A stretch of DNA of 64,000 nt from positions 129,697-193,696 of the forward strand of contig JBMORU010000001.1 of NCBI GenBank assembly GCA_049322215.1. The letters run 5' to 3'. The position numbers were made by a program, and so were the translations under genes. This document shows, one piece after another, positions 18,693 through 28,522 of the stretch. The notes beneath the pieces were generated by a model, which was not told where the DNA came from, did not search any database, and worked only from the letters and a program-made list of their open reading frames with translations. How positions within the stretch are numbered: position 1 is the first letter of the stretch; each line of letters begins with the position of its first letter. Source of the stretch: Patescibacteria group bacterium (GTDB lineage: Bacteria; Patescibacteriota; WWE3; UBA101185; UBA10185).

Positions 18693-19274
18693 TTAAAAAA
18701 CGATAATGCTGCAAAGTACCGCAAAAAGCATTGAAAGCAAAAATGCAGCTACAGCAGAAACAGTAGCTCCAAGCCAAAGTTTATAGTACTTACCTGAAGT
18801 TGTTGTGTACTCTCCTGAGTGCAGTTTTTGAGGTACTCGCAAAATGCATACAAAAGAGATAAACATTAAAAGGAAGTATACAAATTCCCCCAATGATTCG
18901 TTAAAGTACCAGGGAACAAACAGGGCAAGAACAAAGAAAACAATGCCCCAAATCAAATTCAACCAATGTACTGTGTAGCTACGTGCCAAAAAAGTTGTGG
19001 CTACAAGCGCTCTTGACTCTATTTCCACACGTTTCCACAGCGCCTTAAGAAAATCTTCGCCTTTTTCTGAAATACGCCATGTTGCGCGTTTTCCTTCGCC
19101 ATTGCGACTAATATATCCAAGTTCGTCTAGCGCAGTGAGCCCTTTATACAAGGTTCCAACCAGTACTCCTTCTCCCCATTTTTGTGACACTTTTACAATA
19201 TCGTATCCCGTTAAGTCAGGATTTTCGTACAATGCCTGTAATATTTGAAACCACAGGTTTTCTTTATCAGTCAT
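18693..19274 (-). CDS. PadR-like winged-helix domain fused to ~3 TM helices (cassette gene)
   Basis: ILQAL...TGYDI...GTLYKGLTALDELGYI...WRISEKG; AAGGAG 19281-19286. Confidence 0.75.
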   Translation of the reverse strand: MTDKENLWFQILQALYENPDLTGYDIVKVSQKWGEGVLVGTLYKGLTALDELGYISRNGEGKRATWRISEKGEDFLKALWKRVEIESRALVATTFLARSYTVHWLNLIWGIVFFVLALFVPWYFNESLGEFVYFLLMFISFVCILRVPQKLHSGEYTTTSGKYYKLWLGATVSAVAAFLLSMLFAVLCSIIVF

Positions 19275-19319
19275 CATCTACTCCTTGATGTGCTTTAAAC
19301 TGCTTTTTAAGTTGCAGGA

Positions 19320-19356
19320 ATTTTATCAAATGACACAATAATATTCAAACTATAGG
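19320..19356 (-). promoter_or_regulatory. Cassette promoter (- strand): CCTATAG + TTGAAT-17-TAAAAT
   Basis: Box 19350-19356, -35 19343-19348, -10 19320-19325. Confidence 0.8.
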
Positions 19357-19398
19357 TTTACAACAACCCCCAAATTGCAAATTAGGTAGATTCACTTA

Positions 19399-21504
19399 CT
19401 AAAGTACAGCCTCTTCTTTTTCATCTACACTTCGCTTAAAAATATGATCGAGTGGAGATGCTAGGTCGTCGCCTTCTAAAGACCCTTTATATTGATTACC
19501 TTCTAAGCTTTTAATAGCAACGGCATCAACAACTGGAGGTGCTCTATAGGCATTAGGATCAACATCAATAGAAGTATGCGGATAAAATATACCTTCAGGA
19601 ATTCCTATAGTATCGTTTGAACCAGGGAAAGTAGTTGCACCTTCAATTCTTACTGCAAATTCATGTCTTTCATTACCTTCAGTAACGTGCACAAGCAAGT
19701 TTTCCGCAGGATTTGTTAAATCTAAAACGTGAATTCCATCGCGCAGTTCAATACTACTCATATACGGAACTGCTTCTGTTTTACCACTTTTATATACAAC
19801 AGCCTCATAACCACCTATCATTTGTTCTAAATTTGCTACCACTTCTTTACCGTTATCAATTAAATTGGCTTGCGCCTGCATTATTTCTACATTTTGAACA
19901 GGTTTTTTTATAAATTCAGGATTTGTTTCTTGTTCAGTTCTTATACCCCGGAGAGAATCTATTTCAATACGGGTAGCGGCTGTTTTACGCAATGCCTCAA
20001 TAACTCTCATATCAGGTGAACTTTGTGATTCGGGCAAAAATTTACTTATACTTGATTTTTCGTTTTTAACTGAGTTAACAAAAGCAGAGGCTGCTAAAAC
20101 AGATTCCATACCAATTTTGGATTCCTCGTTTACTTCTTCCGGAATGGCAGAATCTAAATGACGTATATTTTCTATATCTTGCATTCTGTGCAACAAAAAC
20201 CATATTTTTTGTTCATTATTAAGATTATTGTAAGACGAAATACGAGCTAACATTTCAGCAGACGATTGCGCACGCCCTTCTTGAAGCCATTGCTTATATT
20301 CAGGATGGCCGTTTAATATAAGTGTTACGCGGTTGTTTACAGCCCCATGCCAAATTTCTGGGGTACTGCCGTCGGGGTTAGGTTTGGCCTCAAACTCTAA
20401 AGCTGTACGTGCTGCATCTTTTAAAGCTTCTTCTGCTAATTGGGCGCCTCCTTTATATACACGTTCGTTTAAAACATGGGGTTCTTCAGACTCGTTCGAA
20501 AAGTCAGCTTCATACAAACCACGAGCAATAACATCTGCTTCATCGTGTATTTCTCTACGCAAAGCTAAACGGGATCTGTTTTCTACAAATAACTGACCTT
20601 GAATAAATTCAGCACTACGGTAGCGTTCTGAAATTGCATTAAAACGTTCGGCAGTTTCTTCTTGTACGCGCACATGTTGTAAACGTTCTATATTGTGCCT
20701 GAATCTAAAATTTATAGCTCTGTTAGATACCTCTTTATACATTCGCCCTCTTAATTCTAATGATGCTGCATAAGCTTGCAGTAAGCGCTTTTCTTCAGCA
20801 TTTTTTGAAGCAGTACTTTCTTCTTCCCGCAACAAAATTTCATCGATTCTTCTAGCGGTTTCAGTACAGGCTTCAGCAAAAAAAGCTAAAGGTCTGGGAT
20901 TTACCTCTTCTAAAGAACCTAAGCCTTCAACATAAAAACGCTCCTTCGTAGCTACATCCAATTCATCTAAATACTTCGCATTGGTAGATAAAGTACCCTC
21001 TGCAAGGTCATAGTAAGAAGAATCATTTATACTAGCTAATACTTTTTCATGAGAACCTAAAATAGTTTGCATTCGCTCGCTATATGGTTCGGTTTCTCCT
21101 AAAAATTTGGCTACAGCAGCAGGCATATTGTCTAAATCGCGCATGGCCTGACTAATTGAAGCACGTAACTTTTGAGGGATATTTTCTACAGCGGCAGCCT
21201 CTCGTTCTACCGAACGCTGAATAGCTTCTTCTAAAGTTAAAGGTTGACCATCGGCATGGTAAGAAAGAGTGTCAAAAGTGTTTTGTTGTGTAAATATTTC
21301 GTTAATTGCTGCAAATCTAGGGTAGTTTTCATCAACTTCATCACCAATTACAAGCTCAGGAGTAATATCGAGCTCTTTAAGTTCTTCAGTAGATATGCCC
21401 ATTTCTCTAACTTTGTCCATTTGATCCGCCAGAGCATCATACAATTCATTAGTTTTTGGAAATTCGTCAATAATACTTTGGACAGCTTCGCTATTTTCGG
21501 GCAT
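19399..21504 (-). CDS. Large acidic, helical hypothetical protein
   Basis: 701 aa ORF, Glu/Ala-rich; leaderless TAATAT+6+ATG. Confidence 0.8.
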   Translation of the reverse strand: MPENSEAVQSIIDEFPKTNELYDALADQMDKVREMGISTEELKELDITPELVIGDEVDENYPRFAAINEIFTQQNTFDTLSYHADGQPLTLEEAIQRSVEREAAAVENIPQKLRASISQAMRDLDNMPAAVAKFLGETEPYSERMQTILGSHEKVLASINDSSYYDLAEGTLSTNAKYLDELDVATKERFYVEGLGSLEEVNPRPLAFFAEACTETARRIDEILLREEESTASKNAEEKRLLQAYAASLELRGRMYKEVSNRAINFRFRHNIERLQHVRVQEETAERFNAISERYRSAEFIQGQLFVENRSRLALRREIHDEADVIARGLYEADFSNESEEPHVLNERVYKGGAQLAEEALKDAARTALEFEAKPNPDGSTPEIWHGAVNNRVTLILNGHPEYKQWLQEGRAQSSAEMLARISSYNNLNNEQKIWFLLHRMQDIENIRHLDSAIPEEVNEESKIGMESVLAASAFVNSVKNEKSSISKFLPESQSSPDMRVIEALRKTAATRIEIDSLRGIRTEQETNPEFIKKPVQNVEIMQAQANLIDNGKEVVANLEQMIGGYEAVVYKSGKTEAVPYMSSIELRDGIHVLDLTNPAENLLVHVTEGNERHEFAVRIEGATTFPGSNDTIGIPEGIFYPHTSIDVDPNAYRAPPVVDAVAIKSLEGNQYKGSLEGDDLASPLDHIFKRSVDEKEEAVL

Positions 21505-21576
21505 AGCTAAATATTAGCATTGTATTTTATACCAAACAAAGCCCTTTAATATAAAACCATCATGTCGCATACATTA

Positions 21577-21612
21577 CTATAGGTTTACAAAAACCACTCT
21601 GTCTATTATAAT
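21577..21612 (+). promoter_or_regulatory. Cassette promoter: CTATAGG + TTTACA-17-TATAAT
   Basis: Box 21577-21583, -35 21584-21589, -10 21607-21612. Confidence 0.85.
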
Positions 21613-21678
21613 TACACCACTCAAATAACCTTTAAGACTGCCACACGGTCTTAATTTAAACCATAAGGAGATAGTGTG

Positions 21679-22101
21679 ATGAAAAATTTAACAGTTGTAA
21701 GAGGAAATTTTGTTACCTCAGATGACCCCGGGTTTAATAAAAACTGGGGCTGGGTAACTTTATCCGAGCTAGAGCGCGTAACCGGGTGGTCTAGAGCAAA
21801 TCTGCTCAGTATTTTTGCTCCCCTTTCTAAGGACTTATCTCTAAAGCCAGAAGTTTTAGTTATAAGGGGTACTGTAAAAATCGGGAGTGCCTCGCTAACG
21901 TGTGAATTAGTTCCTGCAGGTTGGGCTTTACAAGTAAACTATGCCCTCAGTTCAGGAGTAACACATATGCAAGTACTTACTACTGAGGCAGGTATTAAAC
22001 CCGGAGCATATACTTGGAACACTATGGCAGCACCAGGTGGAGGTTACGAAGCACTAGCTTACAACGCACAAAACGAATTAGTGCCATTTTTTAAAAGTTA
22101 A
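21679..22101 (+). CDS. Orphan cassette protein with possible HTH
   Basis: WVTLSELERVTGWSRANL; CATAAGGAG SD. Confidence 0.75.
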   Translation: MKNLTVVRGNFVTSDDPGFNKNWGWVTLSELERVTGWSRANLLSIFAPLSKDLSLKPEVLVIRGTVKIGSASLTCELVPAGWALQVNYALSSGVTHMQVLTTEAGIKPGAYTWNTMAAPGGGYEALAYNAQNELVPFFKS

Positions 22102-22121
22102 AGGAGACGCAAGGAGACGCT

Positions 22122-22328
22122 ATGTTATTTAATGAATGGTGGGATGCAGCAAGTCCAAAGCAACGACGCAAGCTGTTGCAAAGAGCAAATTTTTCATTAG
22201 CAACAAGTCGAGATTTGGACCGATGGCAAGCACGCAACTACAGAAATCTCGTTTACGAACCTGGAGGCTTATCGCACAGCGACGTTTACAGAATGGAAAG
22301 CCTGCTGAAACAAGATAACGTCCTCTAA
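22122..22328 (+). CDS. Orphan cassette protein
   Basis: 68 aa; duplicated AAGGAGACGC SD. Confidence 0.75.
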   Translation: MLFNEWWDAASPKQRRKLLQRANFSLATSRDLDRWQARNYRNLVYEPGGLSHSDVYRMESLLKQDNVL

Positions 22329-22333
22329 CCCTT

Positions 22334-22379
22334 AAAGGTCTTAGTGTTATTCAAAAAATAACCCTGAGACCTTTTTTTT
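22334..22379 (+). terminator. Intrinsic terminator
   Basis: AAAGGTCTTAG...CTGAGACCTTT + T-tract. Confidence 0.85.
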
Positions 22380-22397
22380 ACGTGCTAAAATAACAGC

Positions 22398-23273
22398 GTG
22401 AAAACAACATATTTAATAAAACGATCTTTACAACTAGATCTACAGTTTTTATTTACAACAAAACTCCCCTTAAAAGCGTATAAACGACTTTACATAACAA
22501 TTTTAAAATATTTTCAAATTACTCGCGATTTATTAATAAAATCAAAAAAGCTTAAGAGCGTAAGAATACTAGGGCAAAAATATTATTACGATAACTTATT
22601 TGCTATTGGCTTTATTCAATCTTACTTTGTAGATGACTCATTTTTAATTGATATCATTCCAAAAAAGTCTGTAATTGTAGATGTTGGTGCAAATATTGGT
22701 CAATCCAACATTTTTTATTACAAGTTTTTAAAAGCCAAAAAGGTTTATAGCTTTGAACCGATACCCGATGCATATAGAGCCTTAGTAAAAAATTCTCCAA
22801 AACCTAAATATTGCTACAACTTCGCAATTTCAAAAAAGGAGAAAATGGATATTTATATGGCTGCCTATAGCGTAGGAGCTTCTTCAATTAAAGATGGACG
22901 GCTAGCCAAAAGAATTATAAAAGCAAAAACCAAAAGACTAGATGAAATACCCAGCATAAAAAAGGAAAGGCGAATAGGTTTGCTAAAAATCGATGTACAA
23001 GGAGGCGAAATGGATGTAGTAAAAGCCAGCTTAGAAACCATAAAAAAAACCGATTTTTTACTTATAGAAGTGGGTTTAAGCAACGAAAGTCAAAATAACT
23101 TAAGGGAGTTACTTAATTTAGTTGGAGACGATTTTAGAATAATTAAAGTTCCAAAAATTAATGAATTTCATCAATCAATTTTTAGCTGGCAATTAGATAT
23201 TTTATTTATAAATAAAGCAATTTTAAAAGACTTTACTAAAAAACATAAGAATAGTCAGTTTAGCACTTTCTAA
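22398..23273 (+). CDS. FkbM family SAM-dependent methyltransferase
   Basis: VDVGANIG, YSFEP, LLKIDVQGGE. Confidence 0.9.
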   Translation: MKTTYLIKRSLQLDLQFLFTTKLPLKAYKRLYITILKYFQITRDLLIKSKKLKSVRILGQKYYYDNLFAIGFIQSYFVDDSFLIDIIPKKSVIVDVGANIGQSNIFYYKFLKAKKVYSFEPIPDAYRALVKNSPKPKYCYNFAISKKEKMDIYMAAYSVGASSIKDGRLAKRIIKAKTKRLDEIPSIKKERRIGLLKIDVQGGEMDVVKASLETIKKTDFLLIEVGLSNESQNNLRELLNLVGDDFRIIKVPKINEFHQSIFSWQLDILFINKAILKDFTKKHKNSQFSTF

Positions 23274-23279
23274 TTATAA

Positions 23280-23315
23280 CTATAGGTTGTTTAAACACCT
23301 TCCTCCTGATATAAT
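23280..23315 (+). promoter_or_regulatory. Cassette promoter: CTATAGG + TTGTTT-17-TATAAT
   Basis: Begins 7 bp after FkbM stop; -10 23310-23315. Confidence 0.8.
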
Positions 23316-23346
23316 AACCAAACTTTATACTTAAGGAGACAAATAA

Positions 23347-23892
23347 ATGAGTGCGTCACAAATGCATGTAACAAAAACGCAAGTACTTGCATTGGCACCA
23401 GCAACACGTGAGCTTAAAAAAGTAATAGCAAAGGTTACTGGCTACAATAACAAAGTTGCTAGCATGGCAATTAAAAGCTTGCTGGATCCAAAAACCGCAG
23501 TTAATGCCTGGCAAATGTTTATGGCAGGAGTAAAATTTCACGCAAATACAATTCCTGTAGGAGATAAACGCTTAAGCGATTACCCACAACTCATTGAGGA
23601 TATTTTGGGAAGTAACGGACCTAAGTTTTTTACTTGGCTTATGCTAAACGTTTCTAACGAAGAAATGGTGAGCCAAGCAATAATGCGAAACTTATTTCAC
23701 TTCGTGGAATTTACTTTTCGCATAGGTGGTGGTTTGGATCAAAAAGAACTAAAGCGCATGGAAAAGGAGTTTGAGGCTATGAATGTAACCGGAAACACCG
23801 TGTGGTTGTCCAGAATTTTCAACGGTCTTCAAACATCTTTCATTGAGGCGTACATGATACAAAAATACGGCCCCAAATATCTTTTTAACTAA
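23347..23892 (+). CDS. Orphan cassette protein (helical)
   Basis: 181 aa, TAAGGAG SD. Confidence 0.8.
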   Translation: MSASQMHVTKTQVLALAPATRELKKVIAKVTGYNNKVASMAIKSLLDPKTAVNAWQMFMAGVKFHANTIPVGDKRLSDYPQLIEDILGSNGPKFFTWLMLNVSNEEMVSQAIMRNLFHFVEFTFRIGGGLDQKELKRMEKEFEAMNVTGNTVWLSRIFNGLQTSFIEAYMIQKYGPKYLFN

Positions 23893-23897
23893 ATCTT

Positions 23898-23945
23898 GGC
23901 CATAAAGTGTGTAACTACAAAAATCATACTTTATGGCTATTTTTT
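23898..23945 (+). terminator. Terminator overlapping convergent host stop codon
   Basis: GGCCATAAAGTGTG...CATACTTTATGGCT + T-tract. Confidence 0.8.
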
Positions 23946-26201
23946 GACTTTAAAAGCAAAAGCAGTTAAGTAAATAATAAAAGCCAACAAATATAAAAAA
24001 CTATATCCAAACCCTACCGCAGCATACTCTAAAACTCCCCCAACAATTGCCCCAAATAAATTAGAAGCCAAAAACATAGAAACTTCATTTGTTTTTTCAA
24101 TTTCTTTAGAAAATGCAATTCCTGAAAAGTACAAAGGCAAAACCAATACTAAACTAACTAAATATTTTCCATATGTAAAACCTAAAGCATTTAAGATGTG
24201 CAAGGGCAACAGAAAACTTAAAACTATAGAAATAAGAAGTGCTAAATAAACTTTATTAATGTCAGTCTTTTTTGCCTTCATTACGGTTAAATTGGCTAAA
24301 TAAGCCATTATTAATACAAACGCAGAAACAATACTTATAGTTAGCCAGGTAGTTCCATAATAGCGGGCAATTTCGGTTATTGCTTTAGTATCAATTAACA
24401 TAAAACCAGCCCCAAGTAAAAAAGCCACCACAGAATAGGAAGTTTTCACAGAAGGAATTATTTTCACCAAAAGCAAAAAGCTAACTAAAACTGTTAAAAT
24501 CAAAAAAGTTAAGGTAGCTACGGGAATTTCCTTTTTACTGTTATAAAAAAACGGCCAATTGTCTGTTGATACATCAACCTTGGAGGCAACTTTTTTAAAG
24601 AAATCAGTTTTATATACTGAGGAAGATGTCGTAGTAAGTTCTGAAGTAATACCAGGACCTGCCAAAAAAGTATAACTGTCATCATAAGAGGTGTTTAACA
24701 CGATTGGAGCTTGGTCTACATATAAATTATCTACCATTGCATAAATACGCCCCCCAATGCTAGAAGACAAAACAGCAAAACTTAAACTAATCACACCATG
24801 TTCTTGATTTAATAAAGATTTAGCTTTATTCAAAGATTCCTGTGTATAAACGTAACTGTCTAAACGAATTCCTCCCTTTCCACTTAGTAAAGTATGCGAA
24901 TCTAACAATCCAAAAACTATCATGTCGTATTCGTTTGTAGTGGTTTCTAAAAAGTTACGTGCATCAGTAATTATTAAATTGACTCTAGGATCCCTGTAAG
25001 GATTATTAGGGTGCATTTTCTTACCTATTTGTGCTATTACGGGATCAATTTCTACTGCGTCTATATGCTTAGCACCTTGTTTTAAGGCAGCTGCCACATC
25101 GTTTCCTGAACCGCTACCTAATATTAAAACCCTATCTAAATTAGGTTTAAGTAAGTAGGGAACATTATAGTAATTTTCAGCTTCTTCCTTTGTAGCTGAA
25201 CCCCCTGTTGCATCAAAGTCAAACATACGTTGAAAGTAAGTTGCATTGGTAGAAATTACGGTGTAATCGTGTTCGTTTGAGTTAATTACTCTAATTGCTT
25301 GGTACGGTGAAAAAATACGTAAAATACTAGGGTCTTTTGGCACGTTAAGCAATAAAATTACAAAGGCTGTTGCCAAAACTGTACCAAATAATAGTTGTTG
25401 ATGTTTATATATAAACGGAATAACCAATACGAGAGCTAATAAAATCCAAACAAAAGAGTCAACCTGCATAAACGAAATTGCAGAAAAAGCAATTATTCCA
25501 CATAAGGACCCTAGTAAGTTTAGGCCATAGCTTTCTAGTGGTTTCTTTTTTTGCATATAGTAAGAAGCTAGTTGCCCAAACGGTATAAATGAAAGTGTGC
25601 TAACTGTGAATAACACGCCAATTAGTACATAAATTGTAGTTACAAGCCCTATATCTTTTACATGATTTGTTGTACCCATACCAAATGAATCAGGCAAAGG
25701 ATTTTGCAAAACTAAATGAAAGGGCGAAGTAGTCATAGATTCCATAAAAAGTATTTGAAGTAAAAACAACCAAAATCCTAAATAAACAAAGGGCTTAATT
25801 TTTTTTGGTAATGCGTAACCTATACCTAAACCCAAAAAAGCTGAAATAAGTGTTAAGTTTTTTAAATAAGAGAAGAGCTGAAAGTATGTAGAATAAAAAC
25901 GAATTATTGCGAGTTCAACAAATATACCCAATGCCACAGATAGTAAAATTGCGCATTTAGTATCAATAGAAATATCAACTATATTGAAGTTTTTTAAGTT
26001 TTTATTTTTTGACGCACTAATAATAGACACAGAGGTCATATAGGCTAAATAAGCCACAGGTAAAAGCAGTGTGGTTTTAACAACAATTAATGTACTTAGG
26101 GTACTAAAGTATGCTATCAAAACAACACTTATACACCAAACTATAAAGAATATAAAACTTGTGTTTAGTTTTCTTTTACGAGAAAACCAATTGCTAAACA
26201 T
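23937..26201 (-). CDS. Membrane-bound spermidine synthase-like (class I SAM fold) protein
   Basis: RVLILGSGSGNDV, DAVEIDP, TDARNFL, TDNWPF flanked by TM bundles; leaderless TATACT+6. Confidence 0.8.
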   Translation of the reverse strand: MFSNWFSRKRKLNTSFIFFIVWCISVVLIAYFSTLSTLIVVKTTLLLPVAYLAYMTSVSIISASKNKNLKNFNIVDISIDTKCAILLSVALGIFVELAIIRFYSTYFQLFSYLKNLTLISAFLGLGIGYALPKKIKPFVYLGFWLFLLQILFMESMTTSPFHLVLQNPLPDSFGMGTTNHVKDIGLVTTIYVLIGVLFTVSTLSFIPFGQLASYYMQKKKPLESYGLNLLGSLCGIIAFSAISFMQVDSFVWILLALVLVIPFIYKHQQLLFGTVLATAFVILLLNVPKDPSILRIFSPYQAIRVINSNEHDYTVISTNATYFQRMFDFDATGGSATKEEAENYYNVPYLLKPNLDRVLILGSGSGNDVAAALKQGAKHIDAVEIDPVIAQIGKKMHPNNPYRDPRVNLIITDARNFLETTTNEYDMIVFGLLDSHTLLSGKGGIRLDSYVYTQESLNKAKSLLNQEHGVISLSFAVLSSSIGGRIYAMVDNLYVDQAPIVLNTSYDDSYTFLAGPGITSELTTTSSSVYKTDFFKKVASKVDVSTDNWPFFYNSKKEIPVATLTFLILTVLVSFLLLVKIIPSVKTSYSVVAFLLGAGFMLIDTKAITEIARYYGTTWLTISIVSAFVLIMAYLANLTVMKAKKTDINKVYLALLISIVLSFLLPLHILNALGFTYGKYLVSLVLVLPLYFSGIAFSKEIEKTNEVSMFLASNLFGAIVGGVLEYAAVGFGYSFLYLLAFIIYLTAFAFKVKK

Positions 26202-26614
26202 TTAAAAAGTATAAAGGAATAACGTTTATTAGAGAATAAAAAAAGAGCGATAGCTACATTACCCGTCGTTAAGTGCTCCCAAACATAATCCAGTACCGGC
26301 CAAGTGTTCATGGTAGAAAAATCTGACATTAGCCAAAGATTACGTCTTGGAAAAGCTTTGGTATCACGCAAAGTAATGTGAACACCAGAATCATTTTCAG
26401 CAATGCTTACTAACGCAGGCGCTGTAAAAACATTAAGGAATTCATCAAAATTTTTAGCTCTTAATACTGCAACTACTTTTTTTCGGAAATCCAAAATTCG
26501 GTAATTTCCTTCGCTACTAAGTTTCATAACGGCAGCACCTTTACGGTTAATTCCTTCAAAGGTCACTCCGTTCAAACCCTGTAAATAAACCAAAGAAACT
26601 GTTTCTAGTTTCAT
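26165..26614 (-). CDS. Orphan cassette protein with suspected read-through tail
   Basis: TAGGAG SD; last ~27 aa run through a T-tract, the host promoter and the host start. Confidence 0.6.
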   Translation of the reverse strand: MKLETVSLVYLQGLNGVTFEGINRKGAAVMKLSSEGNYRILDFRKKVVAVLRAKNFDEFLNVFTAPALVSIAENDSGVHITLRDTKAFPRRNLWLMSDFSTMNTWPVLDYVWEHLTTGNVAIALFLFSNKRYSFILFKCLAIGFLVKEN

Positions 26615-26647
26615 AATGCGAATCTCCTATTTGTGTTAGATACGCAA

Positions 26648-26683
26648 ATCATACACTTTTTTTGTAAAAATTGCAACCTATAG
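26648..26683 (-). promoter_or_regulatory. Cassette promoter (- strand): CTATAGG + TTGCAA-17-TATGAT
   Basis: Box 26677-26683, -35 26671-26676, -10 26648-26653. Confidence 0.8.
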
Positions 26684-26700
26684 TGTTGGATACCACAGTG

Positions 26701-26739
26701 CCCCATAGTGTTTATCTTTTGAATTTTTATTGATATAAT
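26701..26739 (+). promoter_or_regulatory. Cassette promoter: CCCCATAG + TTTATC-17-TATAAT
   Basis: Box 26701-26708, -10 26734-26739. Confidence 0.75.
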
Positions 26740-26776
26740 CCCTAAAACTCAAATACAACAAATAAAGGAGATGCTC

Positions 26777-27349
26777 ATGTCAAAAAATGGCATTAGAATT
26801 GGTGTTTGGCGGTTTGACTCTGCAAAAGACAGGGAGTCACTACCGCTTGAAAAAGCCAAATGGGAAGGCGCCGCGTTTAGTTTTGAAGATTTGGTTGCAT
26901 TGAGCCAAAATAGGGGCTATTTGGCATATACTCTTGACCGTGCTGGGAATCATCGTATCACTTACTCCGAGGCAGCCGCTCTTTTGGGTGTAAATCCTTG
27001 GTTTAATTTGGCGGTGCAAAGTGGTGCGCTGCAAAAACTAAAACAAATTTACTACAGTCTGATCTTTCCAAGCACCGTAGTAAGTATGACTTTAGAGCAA
27101 TTTAACAACTGGAAACGCGTACAAGACACTTTCTTCAGCAAAGAACACCATTCATTTTTTTATATGGATGGGAAAGGAAACGACTTAGTAGTAGCACGTG
27201 CCCACATAAGTGGTATTCAAAATAATGGGCGTGTGTACATTTGGATTCAAAAAGTTCTTCATCGCGGAATCAATACCCAAATTGCTGCAGATACAACGTT
27301 TGTTGCACACTACAGCAATCTATATCTGCTGAAAAATGAAGAGACTTAA
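26777..27349 (+). CDS. Orphan cassette protein
   Basis: AAGGAG 6 nt before ATG 26777. Confidence 0.75.
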   Translation: MSKNGIRIGVWRFDSAKDRESLPLEKAKWEGAAFSFEDLVALSQNRGYLAYTLDRAGNHRITYSEAAALLGVNPWFNLAVQSGALQKLKQIYYSLIFPSTVVSMTLEQFNNWKRVQDTFFSKEHHSFFYMDGKGNDLVVARAHISGIQNNGRVYIWIQKVLHRGINTQIAADTTFVAHYSNLYLLKNEET

Positions 27350-27743
27350 TCCTAAACATGGCATTGTCATGATGTCTATGGGCGGATCTGACACGCAATG
27401 GTGTTTTATGGTACTTATGGTTACAGAACTCGAACCCTTTTTAAAAAGGGAAAACAAACAGGAGCCAAAAAGCCACCATTTAACTACCGAGGAGCTAGGC
27501 GGCGGAATTGTACAACTCAATATGCAAAACGCATTGTTTGGCTTCTTTATTCCCCTAACTTTACCAAGCGATGCTTTTCTAAACTGGGTTTTGGGTCAGG
27601 AACAAAAGTATGGAATGAGCCTTGTGTTCGACATAGATACAAAAGAGCCAGTGTGCCAAATTTCACGAATGGGTTTGTCACAGCTTTTGATTACCGACTG
27701 GTTACCCCACTTTAGAGAACGCATGCTACTTGACGTGAAGTAA
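27336..27743 (+). CDS. Orphan cassette protein
   Basis: 135 aa, overlaps upstream stop; followed by terminator. Confidence 0.65.
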   Translation: MKRLNPKHGIVMMSMGGSDTQWCFMVLMVTELEPFLKRENKQEPKSHHLTTEELGGGIVQLNMQNALFGFFIPLTLPSDAFLNWVLGQEQKYGMSLVFDIDTKEPVCQISRMGLSQLLITDWLPHFRERMLLDVK

Positions 27744-27746
27744 CTT

Positions 27747-27796
27747 GAGGGAGTGCTAAATTTATTATTACGTAATAAATTTACACTCCTTTTTTT
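27747..27796 (+). terminator. Long terminator
   Basis: GAGGGAGTG.TAAATTTATTA...TAATAAATTTACACTCCTTT + T-tract. Confidence 0.85.
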
Positions 27797-27825
27797 ATGG
27801 ACAAAAACATGCCCCACAAACCTAG

Positions 27826-27863
27826 CCTATAGTTTTGACTGAAAAAGATTTTGATAGTATAAT
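27826..27863 (+). promoter_or_regulatory. Cassette promoter: CCTATAG + TTGACT-17-TATAAT
   Basis: Box 27826-27832, -35 27835-27840, -10 27858-27863. Confidence 0.85.
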
Positions 27864-27898
27864 TTCCCTACAAATCAACATATACCAAAGGAGAAAAC

Positions 27899-28522
27899 AT
27901 GTTCACAAGAACAAAAGTTTTTGGACTTCCTGTGAAAAACAGGCTTTTTGCAATGTGGGCACTAATGCAACTTGCCGCAGTACTTACGCTTACAATTCAG
28001 TTTGCACAGTTGTATGCCACTACGTCTTTTGACCCAAAATGGAAAATTGCCACATCAATCTTTTCGATTTTTGTTATTTATGTGGCTTACCTAAATGCAA
28101 GTCGAAATGACGGAATCGCAACCTCCTTTTTAGCCGTAGTTTTTGGCGCATTAGGGTACGGCATGTGGGCAGATGGCATTACAACCATTACTCCATTACA
28201 TACAGTAGAAATGCTTTTCGCATTAATGCTGGTTGTAGCTGGGCTAATTATGATGGAGTTAATTAAACCAGGAATTGTTGCAAAACACCGGGTGTTAATG
28301 TTTCCTGCGCTTGTAGCCTCGGTGGTAGTAATGAATGTCGCCCGTGGATCAGAGGCACTAGGAGTATGGGATGTAGCAATGCTCATCTTTTTTTCTGCCT
28401 CAGTAACGCTGGAATACGAACGCGCCTGGAATCGGGAGCATAACATAGACAATGCAATCGATTTCAGCTTGGAATTTATGGTTGGAATGTTTCAAACCAT
28501 AAAAGAGGCGGTGCAAAAATGA
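27899..28522 (+). CDS. Multi-TM cassette protein, possibly a divergent Bax inhibitor-1/YccA-like member
   Basis: ~6-7 TM; C-terminal YERAWNREHNIDNAIDFSLEF; AAGGAG SD. Confidence 0.55.
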   Translation: MFTRTKVFGLPVKNRLFAMWALMQLAAVLTLTIQFAQLYATTSFDPKWKIATSIFSIFVIYVAYLNASRNDGIATSFLAVVFGALGYGMWADGITTITPLHTVEMLFALMLVVAGLIMMELIKPGIVAKHRVLMFPALVASVVVMNVARGSEALGVWDVAMLIFFSASVTLEYERAWNREHNIDNAIDFSLEFMVGMFQTIKEAVQK

